NCBI GenBank assembly: GCA_965218295.1
Contig: CBDCKN010000009.1
Span: 352,001-416,000, forward strand
Direction: 5' to 3'
Source of the DNA: Longimicrobiales bacterium
Lineage (GTDB): Bacteria > Gemmatimonadota > Gemmatimonadetes > Longimicrobiales > Gaopeijiaceae
DNA: 64,000 nt
Under the pieces are notes generated by a model. The model was not told the DNA's origin. It saw nothing but the letters and a program-made list of their open reading frames with translations, and made no database searches. Positions 28,294-38,973 of this stretch are shown piece after piece; the stretch's first letter is position 1; every line of letters starts with the position of its first letter. The position numbers and the translations under genes are program-made.

Positions 28294-30819
28294 ATGGCAC
28301 CGAGCTCCGACGACCGACTCGAGCGCTATCGCGAGAAGCGCTCCGCCTCCGATACCCCCGAGCCGTTCGGAGGGATTGGATCGGCCGGTGACGCGCGGTT
28401 GTTCGTGGTGCAGAAGCACCACGCCAGCTCCCTGCACTGGGATCTGCGACTCGAGATGGGCGGGGCCCTGGAGTCTTGGGCCGTGCCCAAGGGCCCTTCC
28501 GCGGATACGGCGGACAAGCGTCTCGCCATGCACGTGGAGCCCCACCCGCTGGAGTATGCCGAGTTCGAGGGGGTCATCCCCGAAGGGCAGTACGGAGCCG
28601 GCCCGTCCATCTGCTGGGACAAGGGCGTCTGGATCGAGATTCCCGGCGAGAAGCACGGTTTGGAGCACGGCAAGCTCCTCTTCGAGCTCAGAGGCTACAA
28701 GCTGCGCGGCCGCTGGACGCTCGTGCACACGCCCAAGCGGGGGGACAACCACTGGCTCCTCATCAAGGAGCGGGACGGCTACGTGGACGAGCGGGGCACG
28801 GACGCGTACCCAGACGACTCGATCTACTCGGGACTTCTGGTGGATCAGCTTTCCGACCCCGGCGAGCGAGAGGCCGAAATCCTCGGGCGGGCCCGCGAGC
28901 TGGGCGCCGAGAAGGAGGCACCCCCGGCCAAGAAGATGAAGGTCATGCTGGCCACGAGCCGCGAGGAGCCCTTCGACAAGGAAGGCTGGGTCTTCGAGCT
29001 CAAGTACGACGGCTATCGGCTGATCGCGTCCCGGGAGACCGACGAGCCCGTGCTCTGGTCCCGGAACGGGAACGACCTCACCGAGACGTTTCCCGACATC
29101 GCCCGGGCTCTCCACGGGTTGCCCTATGATGGCACGGTCTTGGACGGCGAGGTCGTGGTCCACGATGAGGCGGGCTTGCCGAGCTTCAGCCGCCTTCAGC
29201 GTAGAGGCCGCCTGCAGCGACGCTCGGACATCCTGAAGGCGACGCTGGACCTGCCGGCCGTCTTCTACGCCTTCGATCTCTTGGCCTTTGGGGGGCTCGA
29301 TCTCCGCAATCTGCCCCTCGTGTCCAGGAAGGAGCTGCTCCGGGAGGTACTCCCCAGCGCGGGGCCCATCCGCTACTCGGACCACATCCCGGTTCAGGGC
29401 GAGGCCATGTACCGGCAGGTGACCGACATGCGCCTCGAGGGGATCGTGGCCAAGAAGTCCGACAGCCCCTACCGCTCCGGGCGTTCGACCCATTGGTACA
29501 AGATCCGTACGGTTCACACGGACGACTTCGCGGTGGTGGGCTACACGGAGCCCAAAGGAGGACGGCCGGGTTTCGGGGCGCTCCACCTGGCCCAGTACGT
29601 CGACGGTGAGCTGACCTACTCCGGGAGTGTCGGGACCGGCTTCAGCGACGATATGCTCGACGAGATCCTGGAGATGCTCGTGGATCTGGCTGGTGAGCCG
29701 GGCCCCCCATGTGCCGGCACGGCCCCCAGGGGGAAGACGTACCATTGGGTCCAGCCGAAGCTCGTAGCGGAGGTCCAGTACAAGGAGTTCACCGACACCG
29801 GCGTGATCCGGCATCCCTCCTTCGTGAGGCTCCGGGACGACAAGCGGGCGGAGGAGTGCGTTCGGGAGGACGAGGGTGGAGGCGAGGCGCTCCCGGACCC
29901 GGTCCAGGTCGTCGATCGGACCGTGGAGCGAACGGTCCCGTTCACCAATCTGGACAAGGTCTTGTGGCCCGAGGAGGGATACACCAAGGGTGAACTCATC
30001 GAGTACTACCGTGCCGCCTGGGAGTGGATCTCGCCGTATCTGGCAGACCGGTGTCTGGTGCTCACCCGCTATCCGGACGGCATCTATGGGAACTCGTTCT
30101 ACCAGAAGAACGCCCCGGAGTGGGCCCCGGAGTGGCTTCGGAGAGAGCCGGTCTGGAGCGAGGACTCCGACAAGGTCCTCGACTACTTCGTGGTGGAAGA
30201 CGTGGAGTCGCTCCTGTGGGTGGCCAACTCGGCGGCCATCCCGCTGCACATCTGGTCGAGTCGCATCTCGTCCCTGAACAAGCCCGACTGGTGTATCCTC
30301 GATCTGGATCCCAAGGGCGCGCCCTTCGCTGACGTGGTGAAGGTGGCCAAGGTGATCCGCCAAGTGTGTCAGGAGATCGAGCTTCCCTCATACGTGAAGA
30401 CGAGTGGATCGTCCGGGCTCCACGTTCTGATTCCGCTGGGGGCGCAGCTCAGCTACGAGCAATCAAGGATGCTCGGGAACCTGCTCGCCCGCGTGGTGGT
30501 GGGGGAGCTTCCCGAGATTGCCACCGTCACCCGGGCCCTCAAGAGCCGGGAGGGGAAGGTCTACGTGGACTTCCTGCAGAACGCTTCCGGCCAGCTGCTG
30601 GTGGCCCCCTTCTGTGTCCGGCCTGTGCCGGAGGCCGCCGTGTCCACGCCCCTCAAGTGGAGCGAGGTGACGAGCAAGCTCGACATCCGGAAACACACCA
30701 TCAAGACGGTGCCGGCCCGCATGAAGCGCCTCAAGGGGGGTGATCCCCTCCTGGGCGTGCTGGACGACAAGCCCGACCTCATGGGCGCCTTGGAGCGCCT
30801 GGCCAGGCGCGCCGGCTGA
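28294..30819 (+). CDS. ligD: DNA ligase D (phosphoesterase-ligase-polymerase domain order)
   Basis: FVVQKHHASSLHWDLRLE, ELKYDGYR, EGIVAK, DLDP, KTSGSSGLHV. Confidence 0.95.
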   Translation: MAPSSDDRLERYREKRSASDTPEPFGGIGSAGDARLFVVQKHHASSLHWDLRLEMGGALESWAVPKGPSADTADKRLAMHVEPHPLEYAEFEGVIPEGQYGAGPSICWDKGVWIEIPGEKHGLEHGKLLFELRGYKLRGRWTLVHTPKRGDNHWLLIKERDGYVDERGTDAYPDDSIYSGLLVDQLSDPGEREAEILGRARELGAEKEAPPAKKMKVMLATSREEPFDKEGWVFELKYDGYRLIASRETDEPVLWSRNGNDLTETFPDIARALHGLPYDGTVLDGEVVVHDEAGLPSFSRLQRRGRLQRRSDILKATLDLPAVFYAFDLLAFGGLDLRNLPLVSRKELLREVLPSAGPIRYSDHIPVQGEAMYRQVTDMRLEGIVAKKSDSPYRSGRSTHWYKIRTVHTDDFAVVGYTEPKGGRPGFGALHLAQYVDGELTYSGSVGTGFSDDMLDEILEMLVDLAGEPGPPCAGTAPRGKTYHWVQPKLVAEVQYKEFTDTGVIRHPSFVRLRDDKRAEECVREDEGGGEALPDPVQVVDRTVERTVPFTNLDKVLWPEEGYTKGELIEYYRAAWEWISPYLADRCLVLTRYPDGIYGNSFYQKNAPEWAPEWLRREPVWSEDSDKVLDYFVVEDVESLLWVANSAAIPLHIWSSRISSLNKPDWCILDLDPKGAPFADVVKVAKVIRQVCQEIELPSYVKTSGSSGLHVLIPLGAQLSYEQSRMLGNLLARVVVGELPEIATVTRALKSREGKVYVDFLQNASGQLLVAPFCVRPVPEAAVSTPLKWSEVTSKLDIRKHTIKTVPARMKRLKGGDPLLGVLDDKPDLMGALERLARRAG

Positions 30820-30898
30820 AGAGCGACGAAACCCTCGGTCCCTCTGTTACGTTATAAAGGAACAGGGGGGTTCAAGTCGTCCTTTTCAGGATTGGAAA

Positions 30899-31240
30899 AT
30901 GATCCAGTTTGCAGTCCATCTCCTGGTTACCGCGGCGCTCCTCGCCGTGGTCGGAAAGATGATCTCCGGCATCGAAGTGGAAGACGCGAGCGCAGCCTTC
31001 GTCGGGGCTCTCGTTCTCGGCTTCGCCAACGCCGTGATTCGGCCCATTCTGGTCGTGCTCACCATGCCCATCACGATCCTCACTCTCGGCTTGTTCATCT
31101 GGGTCGTGAACGCGTTCATGCTCAAGCTCGCTGCGGCGTTCGTGCCGGGGTTCGAGGTCCGGGGATTCAAGGCGGCCCTGTTCGGGAGCCTGATGCTGGG
31201 GCTTCTCAACTTCGCGGTGTCGGTCTTCTTCGGGATCTAG
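30899..31240 (+). CDS. YvlD-like / phage holin family 4 membrane protein
   Basis: NAVIRPILVVLTMPITILTLGLF..VVNA motif, four hydrophobic segments. Confidence 0.85.
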   Translation: MIQFAVHLLVTAALLAVVGKMISGIEVEDASAAFVGALVLGFANAVIRPILVVLTMPITILTLGLFIWVVNAFMLKLAAAFVPGFEVRGFKAALFGSLMLGLLNFAVSVFFGI

Positions 31241-31409
31241 GGTGGTGTCCCAGAAGTTTGCGAGCCACCGAGAGTGCCGAAGCGGTGGGGCCTCCGGAAC
31301 CTCAGGTTCGGCGCCCCGACGGTGACGCACGGTGATCCCGTGACGGGCGTGATGATCGCGGCCGGCGACGTGCGCCGGGAGACCTCGTCTCTGGCCTGGT
31401 GAAGATGCT

Positions 31410-31462
31410 CGAAGCCCATCCTGGCTGCCGTCATGTGTATCGACATGGTGCTCAAGGAGTAG
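31410..31462 (+). pseudogene. Possible scramblase/LURP-one-like C-terminal remnant
   Basis: ILAAVMCIDMVLKE*. Confidence 0.3.
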
Positions 31463-31496
31463 AGGTCCTGCCGACCTAGCCTAGCTGATCGTTCAC

Positions 31497-32915
31497 CTAG
31501 CTGATCGTTCCGCTCAGGGCCTTCACCAACCGGTACAGGAACTCCTGGCCCTCGAGGAACGACTTGATGAGGATGCGCTCGTCCTGTCCGTGGGCGCGGG
31601 CGTCGTCCACGTCGCCGAAGATGCCCGACACACCGTAGACCGGAATCCCCGCCCGCCTCAAGTAGAGACCGTCCGTTGCGCCGGTGCTCATGACCGGTAC
31701 GACGGGCACGCCCGGCCACATCTCCTCGGTGATCCGCTCGATGGGGCCAAGGACCTCGGCGCTGAGGGGTGAAGGGGGACTGGGGTTGGGCGTTGCGTCC
31801 GGGGTGATCTCCACTGCGGATCCCCCGATTCGCCTCAGCGTGGCCAGGACCGCTGCTGGGTCTTGGTTCGGGAGGATCCGGCAATTCACCATGGCCTCGG
31901 CAGTCTGGGGAAGGGCGTTGTCGGCGTGGCCGCCGCTCAGCCGCGTGGCGACGCAGGTGGTTCTCATGCGGGCGTTGTAGTGGGGGAAGGCTTGCAGGCG
32001 CTCCACCGCCGGGGCGTTTCTGGGATCGGCGAGCAACGTTCGTATGGCGCCCGCGATGGCAGTGCCCTCCACCCCGGCGACTCCGCTGAAGTACGCCCGG
32101 GTGACCTCGTTCAGTATGACCGGGAACCGATACTCGCTGATCCGTAGGAGCGCGTTCATCAGGTCGTAGATGGCGTTGTCGTCACGGGGCTGAGAGCTGT
32201 GGCCCCCCGGGTTCGTGGCCCTGAGGTTGAAGCTCTGGTAGACCTTCTCGCTGGCCTGGACCGAGTTCAGCTGGTTCTCGCCGTCCTTGATGGCTCCTCC
32301 CCCGCCCTCGTTCAGAGCGTAGGCGGCGTCGATAAGGTCGCGCCGGTTCTGAATGAGCCACTGCACTCCGTTGAACTGGCCACCTTCCTCGTCCGCTGTG
32401 AGCGCCACGATGATGTCCCGGTCCGGCACGAACCCTTCCTGCTTGTAGCGGATCAGGTTAGCCGTGTAGATGGCGGCCTCGTCCTTATCGTCGGTGACCC
32501 CTCGACCGTGGTAGTAGCCGTCCTGCTCGATGAACGTCCACGGATCCATGCTCCAGTCCGTGGGCAGGGCTTCCACGACGTCGAGGTGAGCCAGAAGAAG
32601 GATCGGCGGCCGCCCCGTGTTGGCGCCACGGAGACGGGCGACCAGGTTCATCTTTCTCTCGTTGGGTCCCACGACCTGGACGTCCTGCGGCCGAAATCCG
32701 GCATCGAGTAGGCGCCGGGCCATGGCAACCGCAGCGGCTGTCGTTCCGGCCGAGTCCACCGTGTTGATCTCGATGAGCTCGCGGAAGATCTCGCGGGCCA
32801 GCTCCTGATGGGGCTCCAGGGTGATCTTCTGGGCGGCGGCGCGTGGGGTGGCGAAGGCGGCTCCGACCACTATCGCCGAGGCAGCCAGGAGTATCCGTGT
32901 CGGCCTGCTATTCAT
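31497..32915 (-). CDS. M20/M25/M40 family metallopeptidase, exported
   Basis: AHLDVV, GRGVTDDK, ADEEGG, GATDG, AHGQDE. Confidence 0.92.
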   Translation of the reverse strand: MNSRPTRILLAASAIVVGAAFATPRAAAQKITLEPHQELAREIFRELIEINTVDSAGTTAAAVAMARRLLDAGFRPQDVQVVGPNERKMNLVARLRGANTGRPPILLLAHLDVVEALPTDWSMDPWTFIEQDGYYHGRGVTDDKDEAAIYTANLIRYKQEGFVPDRDIIVALTADEEGGQFNGVQWLIQNRRDLIDAAYALNEGGGGAIKDGENQLNSVQASEKVYQSFNLRATNPGGHSSQPRDDNAIYDLMNALLRISEYRFPVILNEVTRAYFSGVAGVEGTAIAGAIRTLLADPRNAPAVERLQAFPHYNARMRTTCVATRLSGGHADNALPQTAEAMVNCRILPNQDPAAVLATLRRIGGSAVEITPDATPNPSPPSPLSAEVLGPIERITEEMWPGVPVVPVMSTGATDGLYLRRAGIPVYGVSGIFGDVDDARAHGQDERILIKSFLEGQEFLYRLVKALSGTIS

Positions 32916-32918
32916 ACG

Positions 32919-33608
32919 TCACGTCTCCGACTTCATAACGGTATCGATCCATGCCCGTGTCGAGTCCACGAGCTCGTCCAGCACTTCCTCGTCGGTCCGC
33001 CCCGAGCGCTTCAGGACGTGGAAGCTATGGTCGGCTCCCTCGACGACGTGCAGCGTAGCCCTCTCTCCCAAACCTTCGCAAACCGGTGCCAGCAGGTCCA
33101 GGGGGGCGAACTTGTCGCGGGGCCCCTGGAAAAAGAGCATGGGGACCGTGACGTCCCTGAGGTGATCGGCCCGTTCGACACCCGGTTTGCCCACGGGATG
33201 GAGAGGGAAGCCGTAGAAGACGATGCCCCGCACGCCCCCGAGCGGCTCCCTGGCTCCGGCCATGGAGGTCATCCGCCCACCCATGGACTTGCCGCCGGCG
33301 AAAAGTGGTACCCCGCCGGCAATGTCATTAGCAGCCGCCACCGCGGACCGCACCGTTTTCAGCAGAACGGGTCGGTAGTCCGGTCTCCTGCTCCCCTTCT
33401 CCATGTAGGGAAACTGGTACCGGAACGTGGCGACACCCTGGTCCGCCAGCCGCTCTGCCGCGGCCTCCATGAAGCGGTGGCGCATGCCGGCACCGGCTCC
33501 GTGCCCGAAGACGAGGAAGCAGCGGGCCTCGGTCGGCTCGAGGAGCAGAGCCGAGACCTCGCCGGAACTCTCCGTGGCCTGGAAGCGGTGCTCGCTAAGG
33601 GTGTGCAG
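32919..33608 (-). CDS. Alpha/beta hydrolase (KANL3/Tex30-like)
   Basis: GHGAGAGM, GGKSMGGR, GFPLHP, ADHSF; probable CTG start at 33608. Confidence 0.8.
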   Translation of the reverse strand: MHTLSEHRFQATESSGEVSALLLEPTEARCFLVFGHGAGAGMRHRFMEAAAERLADQGVATFRYQFPYMEKGSRRPDYRPVLLKTVRSAVAAANDIAGGVPLFAGGKSMGGRMTSMAGAREPLGGVRGIVFYGFPLHPVGKPGVERADHLRDVTVPMLFFQGPRDKFAPLDLLAPVCEGLGERATLHVVEGADHSFHVLKRSGRTDEEVLDELVDSTRAWIDTVMKSET

Positions 33609-33631
33609 CGGGCCCTCCGCCTACGCTCCAA

Positions 33632-34810
33632 TCACGGTACCTGGATCGCCACGGAGAACCGCGTGCGATCCCAATCGAGGTGGAGCATGCCGCCATCGGT
33701 CGTCTCTTCCAGCGAGATTGTGAAGCGTTCCAGCATCTCGGGGAGCGACGACGTGGTCATCTCCACCGTGGCGAAGTCGTTCGCAGGGTCATAGGAGGCT
33801 CCCCCCTGACCCGTCTCACTGTTGATGATCAGCTGCTGGGAGTCGGCGGAATACGTCGACCAGAGCGTGTAGCTACCGGCCGGTACGTTCGCTCCCCCGA
33901 TCACGAGGGCCCTGTCCGCCGTAAAGACCGTCGCCGCGTTCGCGCCAGTCCGCCACACCTCCCCGTGGGGTACCAGCCCTCCCCAGATGTCCCGGCCACG
34001 CTTGGCCGGCTGGGAGTATGCGATCTCGATGGTGACACCCTGCACCGTTCCCTGGGTGGTAGCGGCGGGCGACGGGACACCGATGCCCTCACCGCGCGCG
34101 TCCATGTCCGCCCATGTGACGGCCAGCCCGTCCAAATCGAGCTGCGCCACCTTTTCGGTGACGATGTCCACGGTGGTGGGCGTGCCGTCGGCGCCGAGAA
34201 TGTTACCGTCCGCGTCGGCCCAGGCCTTCAGAGGGGAACCGAAGAAGTTGATGGCCACCGTGTCGCCGGCCAAGCGCCCGACGGTGTTGCTCACGGGCTG
34301 GGGGCGGGTGGGGTACACCAGCTCGACGGCGTGTTCGTCGGCACCGGAGGCCTGGGCCTGCCGCATCGCCTGCTCGAAGGCGAACATGGCGATGAAGGCC
34401 CTTCCCAGCGTCGGAATCGCTCCGGGCCCCACGTCGAAGCTGTTCGTTCCGGGGTTCTGCCCGCCGACACGCTCCACCGTGGCCGTGCCATCGGCGATGG
34501 TGGTGGTCCAGGACCGCGGTGCCGGACCCTCCGGATTCTCCGCCGGGGTGCTCATCTCCGCCTCCAGATGGGAGATGGTCCCGTCGGGGTTGAGGTCTGC
34601 CGCGTACGTGATCCGCTGCGTGTACGGTAGTCGGGTGACCAGCTGGCCTTCGATCCTCGTGTCGGTCCGCGTGAACGCCTCGATGGTAAGGGTGTCGCTT
34701 CCCAGCCTGGACACGAACGCGGCCGGGCCCGACTCCCCAGGCTCGCAGCCCAGGCTCACTACGGTCAGGGCTAGGACGCCCCAACTTAGGTTCCCATTCG
34801 CATATGACAT
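33632..34810 (-). CDS. DUF2911 domain lipoprotein
   Basis: SLGC lipobox; YSQPAKRGRDIWGGLVP...WRTGANAAT, VPAGSYTL. Confidence 0.85.
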   Translation of the reverse strand: MSYANGNLSWGVLALTVVSLGCEPGESGPAAFVSRLGSDTLTIEAFTRTDTRIEGQLVTRLPYTQRITYAADLNPDGTISHLEAEMSTPAENPEGPAPRSWTTTIADGTATVERVGGQNPGTNSFDVGPGAIPTLGRAFIAMFAFEQAMRQAQASGADEHAVELVYPTRPQPVSNTVGRLAGDTVAINFFGSPLKAWADADGNILGADGTPTTVDIVTEKVAQLDLDGLAVTWADMDARGEGIGVPSPAATTQGTVQGVTIEIAYSQPAKRGRDIWGGLVPHGEVWRTGANAATVFTADRALVIGGANVPAGSYTLWSTYSADSQQLIINSETGQGGASYDPANDFATVEMTTSSLPEMLERFTISLEETTDGGMLHLDWDRTRFSVAIQVP

Positions 34811-35067
34811 CTTCGTCTCCTTCGTGGGCAGCGGGTCATCCCCCATCCGCTGCCGGTTTCGAAACCTTCGTCGCCCATTTGTCGTACCAGGCCAGGTACC
34901 GCTCCAGCCGGTCAGTGCAGTCCTCTACGGTCTGGAGCGTCGTCGTGAATTCGGGTCAAGCGTGTCCGACTCCCCGAGCCCGGCATACTCTATATCGGGG
35001 ATTGTGCGTCAGCGGGCGAGGGCGTGCAAGCCGATGTCCGCCGTTCCACCGCCGAGGAGGGAGTCAC

Positions 35068-35613
35068 ATGAGTGATCGACGCTTGGAGGTCGCTACGCTA
35101 GGCGGCGGCTGCTTCTGGTGTCTGGAGGCCGTGTATGAGCTCCTTCAGGGTGTGGAGACCGTGATCTCGGGAGCGTCCGGCGGCCACGTCGTGAACCCCA
35201 CCTATCAGGATCTCTGTTCGGGACGCTCCGGGCACGCGGAGGTGGTTCGGATCGAGTTCGACACTGCGGTCACGACCTACCGCGAAATCCTCGACGTCTT
35301 TTTCGCCACCCACGACCCCACCACCCTCGATCGGCAAGGAGCCGACGTGGGGCCCCAGTACCGCTCCGTGATCTTCTATCACTCGCCCGAGCAAAAGGAG
35401 ACGGCCGACGCCGTCATTGCCGAGCTCACGACCGACGGCGTCTGGAAGGACCCCATCGTCACCGAGGTGGTGCCCTTCGAGCTCTTCTATCCGGCCGAAG
35501 ACTACCACCAGGGCTACTATCGGGAGAACGGGAGCCAGCCCTACTGCAGGGTCGTCATCGATCCGAAGGTTGCGAAGCTGAGGGCCAGGTTCACCCATAA
35601 GCTGAAGGTATAG
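35068..35613 (+). CDS. msrA: Peptide-methionine (S)-S-oxide reductase
   Basis: GGGCFWCLE, GHAEVV, QYRSVIF, AEDYHQ. Confidence 0.95.
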   Translation: MSDRRLEVATLGGGCFWCLEAVYELLQGVETVISGASGGHVVNPTYQDLCSGRSGHAEVVRIEFDTAVTTYREILDVFFATHDPTTLDRQGADVGPQYRSVIFYHSPEQKETADAVIAELTTDGVWKDPIVTEVVPFELFYPAEDYHQGYYRENGSQPYCRVVIDPKVAKLRARFTHKLKV

Positions 35614-35626
35614 CAGGCTTCCCCCC

Positions 35627-37527
35627 TCACCCGCCTTGGCCCACCCAGGCCACCAGGAAGCGTCCGACAGTGACGGCTTCGGGATAGCGAGCCTGTAGGG
35701 CCTCGAGCAGATCCGGCGCCACCGGACTCGAGTAGCTCGGCCGCCTGTTGATCACGACGACATCGACGCCGTGCTCGTCTATCTCGGCGAGGATGCGCTC
35801 GGTGCGACCCTCCGGGTCTTCGAAGAGGTCGTAGAAGGAGGCGAGCGGGTTCTTGAGACCCGTGAGGAAGTACACCTCGGGGCTGTCCGGAATGGCGAGA
35901 AGGTACTCGCTGCCGCCGTGCTCTTCGATGATCTCGACCAGCGTCTCGTACACGCTCTTCTCCACCGGCGACACGCGGATGCCCCGAGCCCGTTCGAGCA
36001 CGAAAGGCTCTGTCTGATCCGGTGGGCGGATGAACATCGGGTTCATGTGCAGGATAATCACCCCGAGTACGAGCATGATACACACATGAACGCGTCCGCT
36101 TAGCCGCGTGTCGGCGTGGCCGCCGATCGAGAGGGTCAGCAGCACGGCGACCGGCGCGACGAAGAAGACGTACGGGCTGGCGGGCGTGGGCAGGTGCACG
36201 AGCGTGAGCAGTGCGGTGGCCGCGAGCACGAGGAAGCGAAGAGGCGCGCTTGGCTCGCCCCTACCGTTTGACAAGCCCTTGCTAGCCGCCCGCCCGCCGC
36301 GAGCGACCACGCGCCGGCCAGGACGAGCACGGGGATCAGCGCCCCGAGATGGAGGATGACCTCGACGTGGAGCTGCACGTTCCCCTCGAGCGCGAGCAGG
36401 ACGGCCAGCGCAGCGATCAGGACCGCCCCCGCGACCCGGCGACCGGCGTCGCCGGTGCTCGGCGCTCGCGCGACGAGCCACACGGCGACGCCGGCGGCGA
36501 GGATGCCACGCGGGGCGGGGAAGGGGGCCGTGACCCGCTCGAAACGTGCGAAGGGCAGCACCAGCACACCGTGTACCAGGTCGCCCAACCCGCCTGCGAG
36601 CAGGTAGGGAACCGTTAGCAGGAGAACGGGCAGGGCGGCGCCCGCGAGCAGAATCGAGGTCGACCGGGCCAGAGCGGTGAATCTCGCGCCGGCCGAGCGG
36701 CCGGACGAAGTCCGCAGCCGGTCGAATAGCACCGCCACCACCGTGAGGGTAGGCGTAGCGTAGTAGAGAATTCCCACGACTCCGCCGCTGCGGCCGGCGA
36801 GCAGGAGGACGACGGCTACGAGCAGTCCGAGGATGACCACGACGACGGCTCGGTACGACGTGTCCGAAGTGCGGGGCGGCTCGTCACTTCCGGTCGACCC
36901 ACCGGCGGCGGCTCCGGACGTGCTGCGGTCGTGTCCCGCGTGCTCTACGTAAACCAGGAAGAGAAAGGCCGCCGTCAGGAAGTAAAGGCCGATGATCTTA
37001 AAGGTGACGGACACGCCGCCTGCCAGACCCGCCACGAAGAGCCACGAGGCGTGTCCGGTGTCGAGATACCGGACCAGCGCCACCATGCCCCAGGTAGCCA
37101 GGAAAAGGTTGTACCAGCTCGGCATGCCCTCCGAGTACATGGGCAGGGTCAGCGCTGCCGCGAGCAGTGTGGCGGTCGCCGCCAGTAGGCGCGGGGCGCA
37201 CCGGTTGGCCAGGTACCAGACCACCGGAATCCAGAGCACATACGCGCCGTAGAGTACCCAGCGCATCGGCGCGATGCCGACCCCCGCGAGCGCGAACGCG
37301 AGCGCGTTCAGGAAGGCGAGGCCGCCGGTGTACACGTCGGTGAAGTCTCGGTGGGGGAGCTCGCCGGCGAGCACGCGTTCGGCGGCATGACCCAGCGTGC
37401 CCGCGTCCCAAGGGATCCACCCGCGGTAGAGGTAGAGCAGGGCGTAGCCCGCGCAAGCGGCCCAGATGGCGAACCCAAGCCACCGTGCCGTGCTCAACCG
37501 TTCCAGCGACCGCTCCAAGCTCGTCAT
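35627..37527 (-). pseudogene. GT-C (ArnT/PMT-like) membrane glycosyltransferase, frameshifted
   Basis: DAGTLGHAAERVLAGELPHRDFTDVYTG followed by many TM segments; frame switches near 36290 at gccgcccgcccgccgc. Confidence 0.65.
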
Positions 37528-37528
37528 G

Positions 37529-38176
37529 TCAGTTGGAACGCGTGCTGCGCACGAGCACGTGTGGATGCAGGTAGCCGCGGTCTACGCGCTCGTCTACGAC
37601 GTCGACGAATCCCGTATCTGAAACGTCGCGCGCGAGATCCTGCACGCTCTGGAAGTGGAGCTTGTCCCCCAAGGTGAGGTTTGCCAGGCGCACCGCGAAG
37701 AACTCTTCCGCAGCGGCGGGCCAGAACTTCCATCGGGGCCGAACGTCGAGTTCCTTCACCAGCAGGCTCCCTCCGGGTCGGAGGGCGTCTCGACACGCCT
37801 GCAGCACACTTCGCTTCTCCTCGGCGGGCAGCAGGTAGAGCACGTCGAAGATCGTGATGCAGTCGAAGTCAGCGCCGGGAATGTCCAGCGCTGAGCCTCG
37901 ATGGAGTTCGAGGTCCCTGGCGTCGGCACTTTGGGCGATCTCAAGCTTTCTCGGGTCGGGATCAACGCCTACCAGTTTCAGGCCTGGGCGTTCGAGTGAC
38001 AGGTAGGTGAGCCAAAGACCGGAGCCGCAGCCCAGATCGAGCAGTCGGCCCCCTTCGGGAACGTGCGACAACACGCGATCGAACGGACTGACGCTCCAGC
38101 GGATGAATCCGTAGGCGCGGGGGCCGAGGTCGAGGCCTCGGTACCTCGCGAGTACACGCCCCGCGCCCGCGGACAT
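37529..38176 (-). CDS. Class I SAM-dependent methyltransferase
   Basis: LLDLGCGSG, DVLYLL, LRPGG. Confidence 0.88.
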   Translation of the reverse strand: MSAGAGRVLARYRGLDLGPRAYGFIRWSVSPFDRVLSHVPEGGRLLDLGCGSGLWLTYLSLERPGLKLVGVDPDPRKLEIAQSADARDLELHRGSALDIPGADFDCITIFDVLYLLPAEEKRSVLQACRDALRPGGSLLVKELDVRPRWKFWPAAAEEFFAVRLANLTLGDKLHFQSVQDLARDVSDTGFVDVVDERVDRGYLHPHVLVRSTRSN

Positions 38177-38970
38177 CAGGCCGGCTCCGGGGTGGCTCCG
38201 TCGGACCGGCGCGCACGAACGATCAGCCCGACACCCATTGGCAGGTCGCCGATGCGCATCAGCGACCCCTCGAGCGAGAGTAGGCCTGCCAGCATCTGGT
38301 TCACGGGCCACGGGGGCAAGAAGAAGCCACTCATGCCTTCGTCGCTCTCCACCTTCTTCTTCGGCAACAGCCGCTGGAGCAGCCGTACGGTCGCGATCGC
38401 GGGGAACAGGAATGCGTTCACGTAGGTGAGCTGCTCGATCTGCCAGCCGGTGTCGCGCACGCGTTGCTCGAGCTCGCGCCACCGATACCGCCGAACGTGG
38501 TGCACCGCGTCATCGTGTGTGCTCCACAGCCACCTGTGCGCGGAGGTCATGAGCAATAGGTGCCCTCCGGGTTTGGTCACACGGCGCATCTCCTCGAGCA
38601 TGCCGACGTCGTCGGGCACGTGCTCGATCACGCCGAGCGCGGTGACCAGGGCGAACGTCCGGTCTGGCATCGGGAGTTCGGTCGCCGAGCCCACCAGGAC
38701 CTTCGGCCAGCCGCGGTCACGGGCGAACGCCGCGGCCGACGGCGAGTAGTCGACGCCATACGGACGACCATAGGTCTCGAGCAGCGCGAGGTTGCCGCCG
38801 GTGCCACAACCCACGTCCAACACCTTCCAGGGCGGCTCGCTCTGCCGGCCCTCCCCCCCTTCGCCCGACACGATCCGAGAGAGTTGCTTCCGATAGATCT
38901 CTCGCATGCCGAGGAACCACCAATGGGATTCCTCGATCTCTCGGGTTTGCACGTACACCAGTTCCTGCAT
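38176..38970 (-). CDS. Class I SAM-dependent methyltransferase
   Basis: EESHWWF, VLDVGCGTG, VIEH, WSTHDDAVHHVRRY. Confidence 0.9.
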   Translation of the reverse strand: MQELVYVQTREIEESHWWFLGMREIYRKQLSRIVSGEGGEGRQSEPPWKVLDVGCGTGGNLALLETYGRPYGVDYSPSAAAFARDRGWPKVLVGSATELPMPDRTFALVTALGVIEHVPDDVGMLEEMRRVTKPGGHLLLMTSAHRWLWSTHDDAVHHVRRYRWRELEQRVRDTGWQIEQLTYVNAFLFPAIATVRLLQRLLPKKKVESDEGMSGFFLPPWPVNQMLAGLLSLEGSLMRIGDLPMGVGLIVRARRSDGATPEPA

Positions 38971-38973
38971 GGG

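Noticed and set aside
27310..30363. 1017-aa ORF apparently giving Ku a long N-terminal extension
   Set aside because: The extension is the antisense shadow of ligD; Ku homology begins at MAARPIS (28158)
30899..31240. Prophage suggested by the 'phage holin' family gene
   Set aside because: YvlD-like proteins are common chromosomal genes; no phage structural or lysis genes nearby
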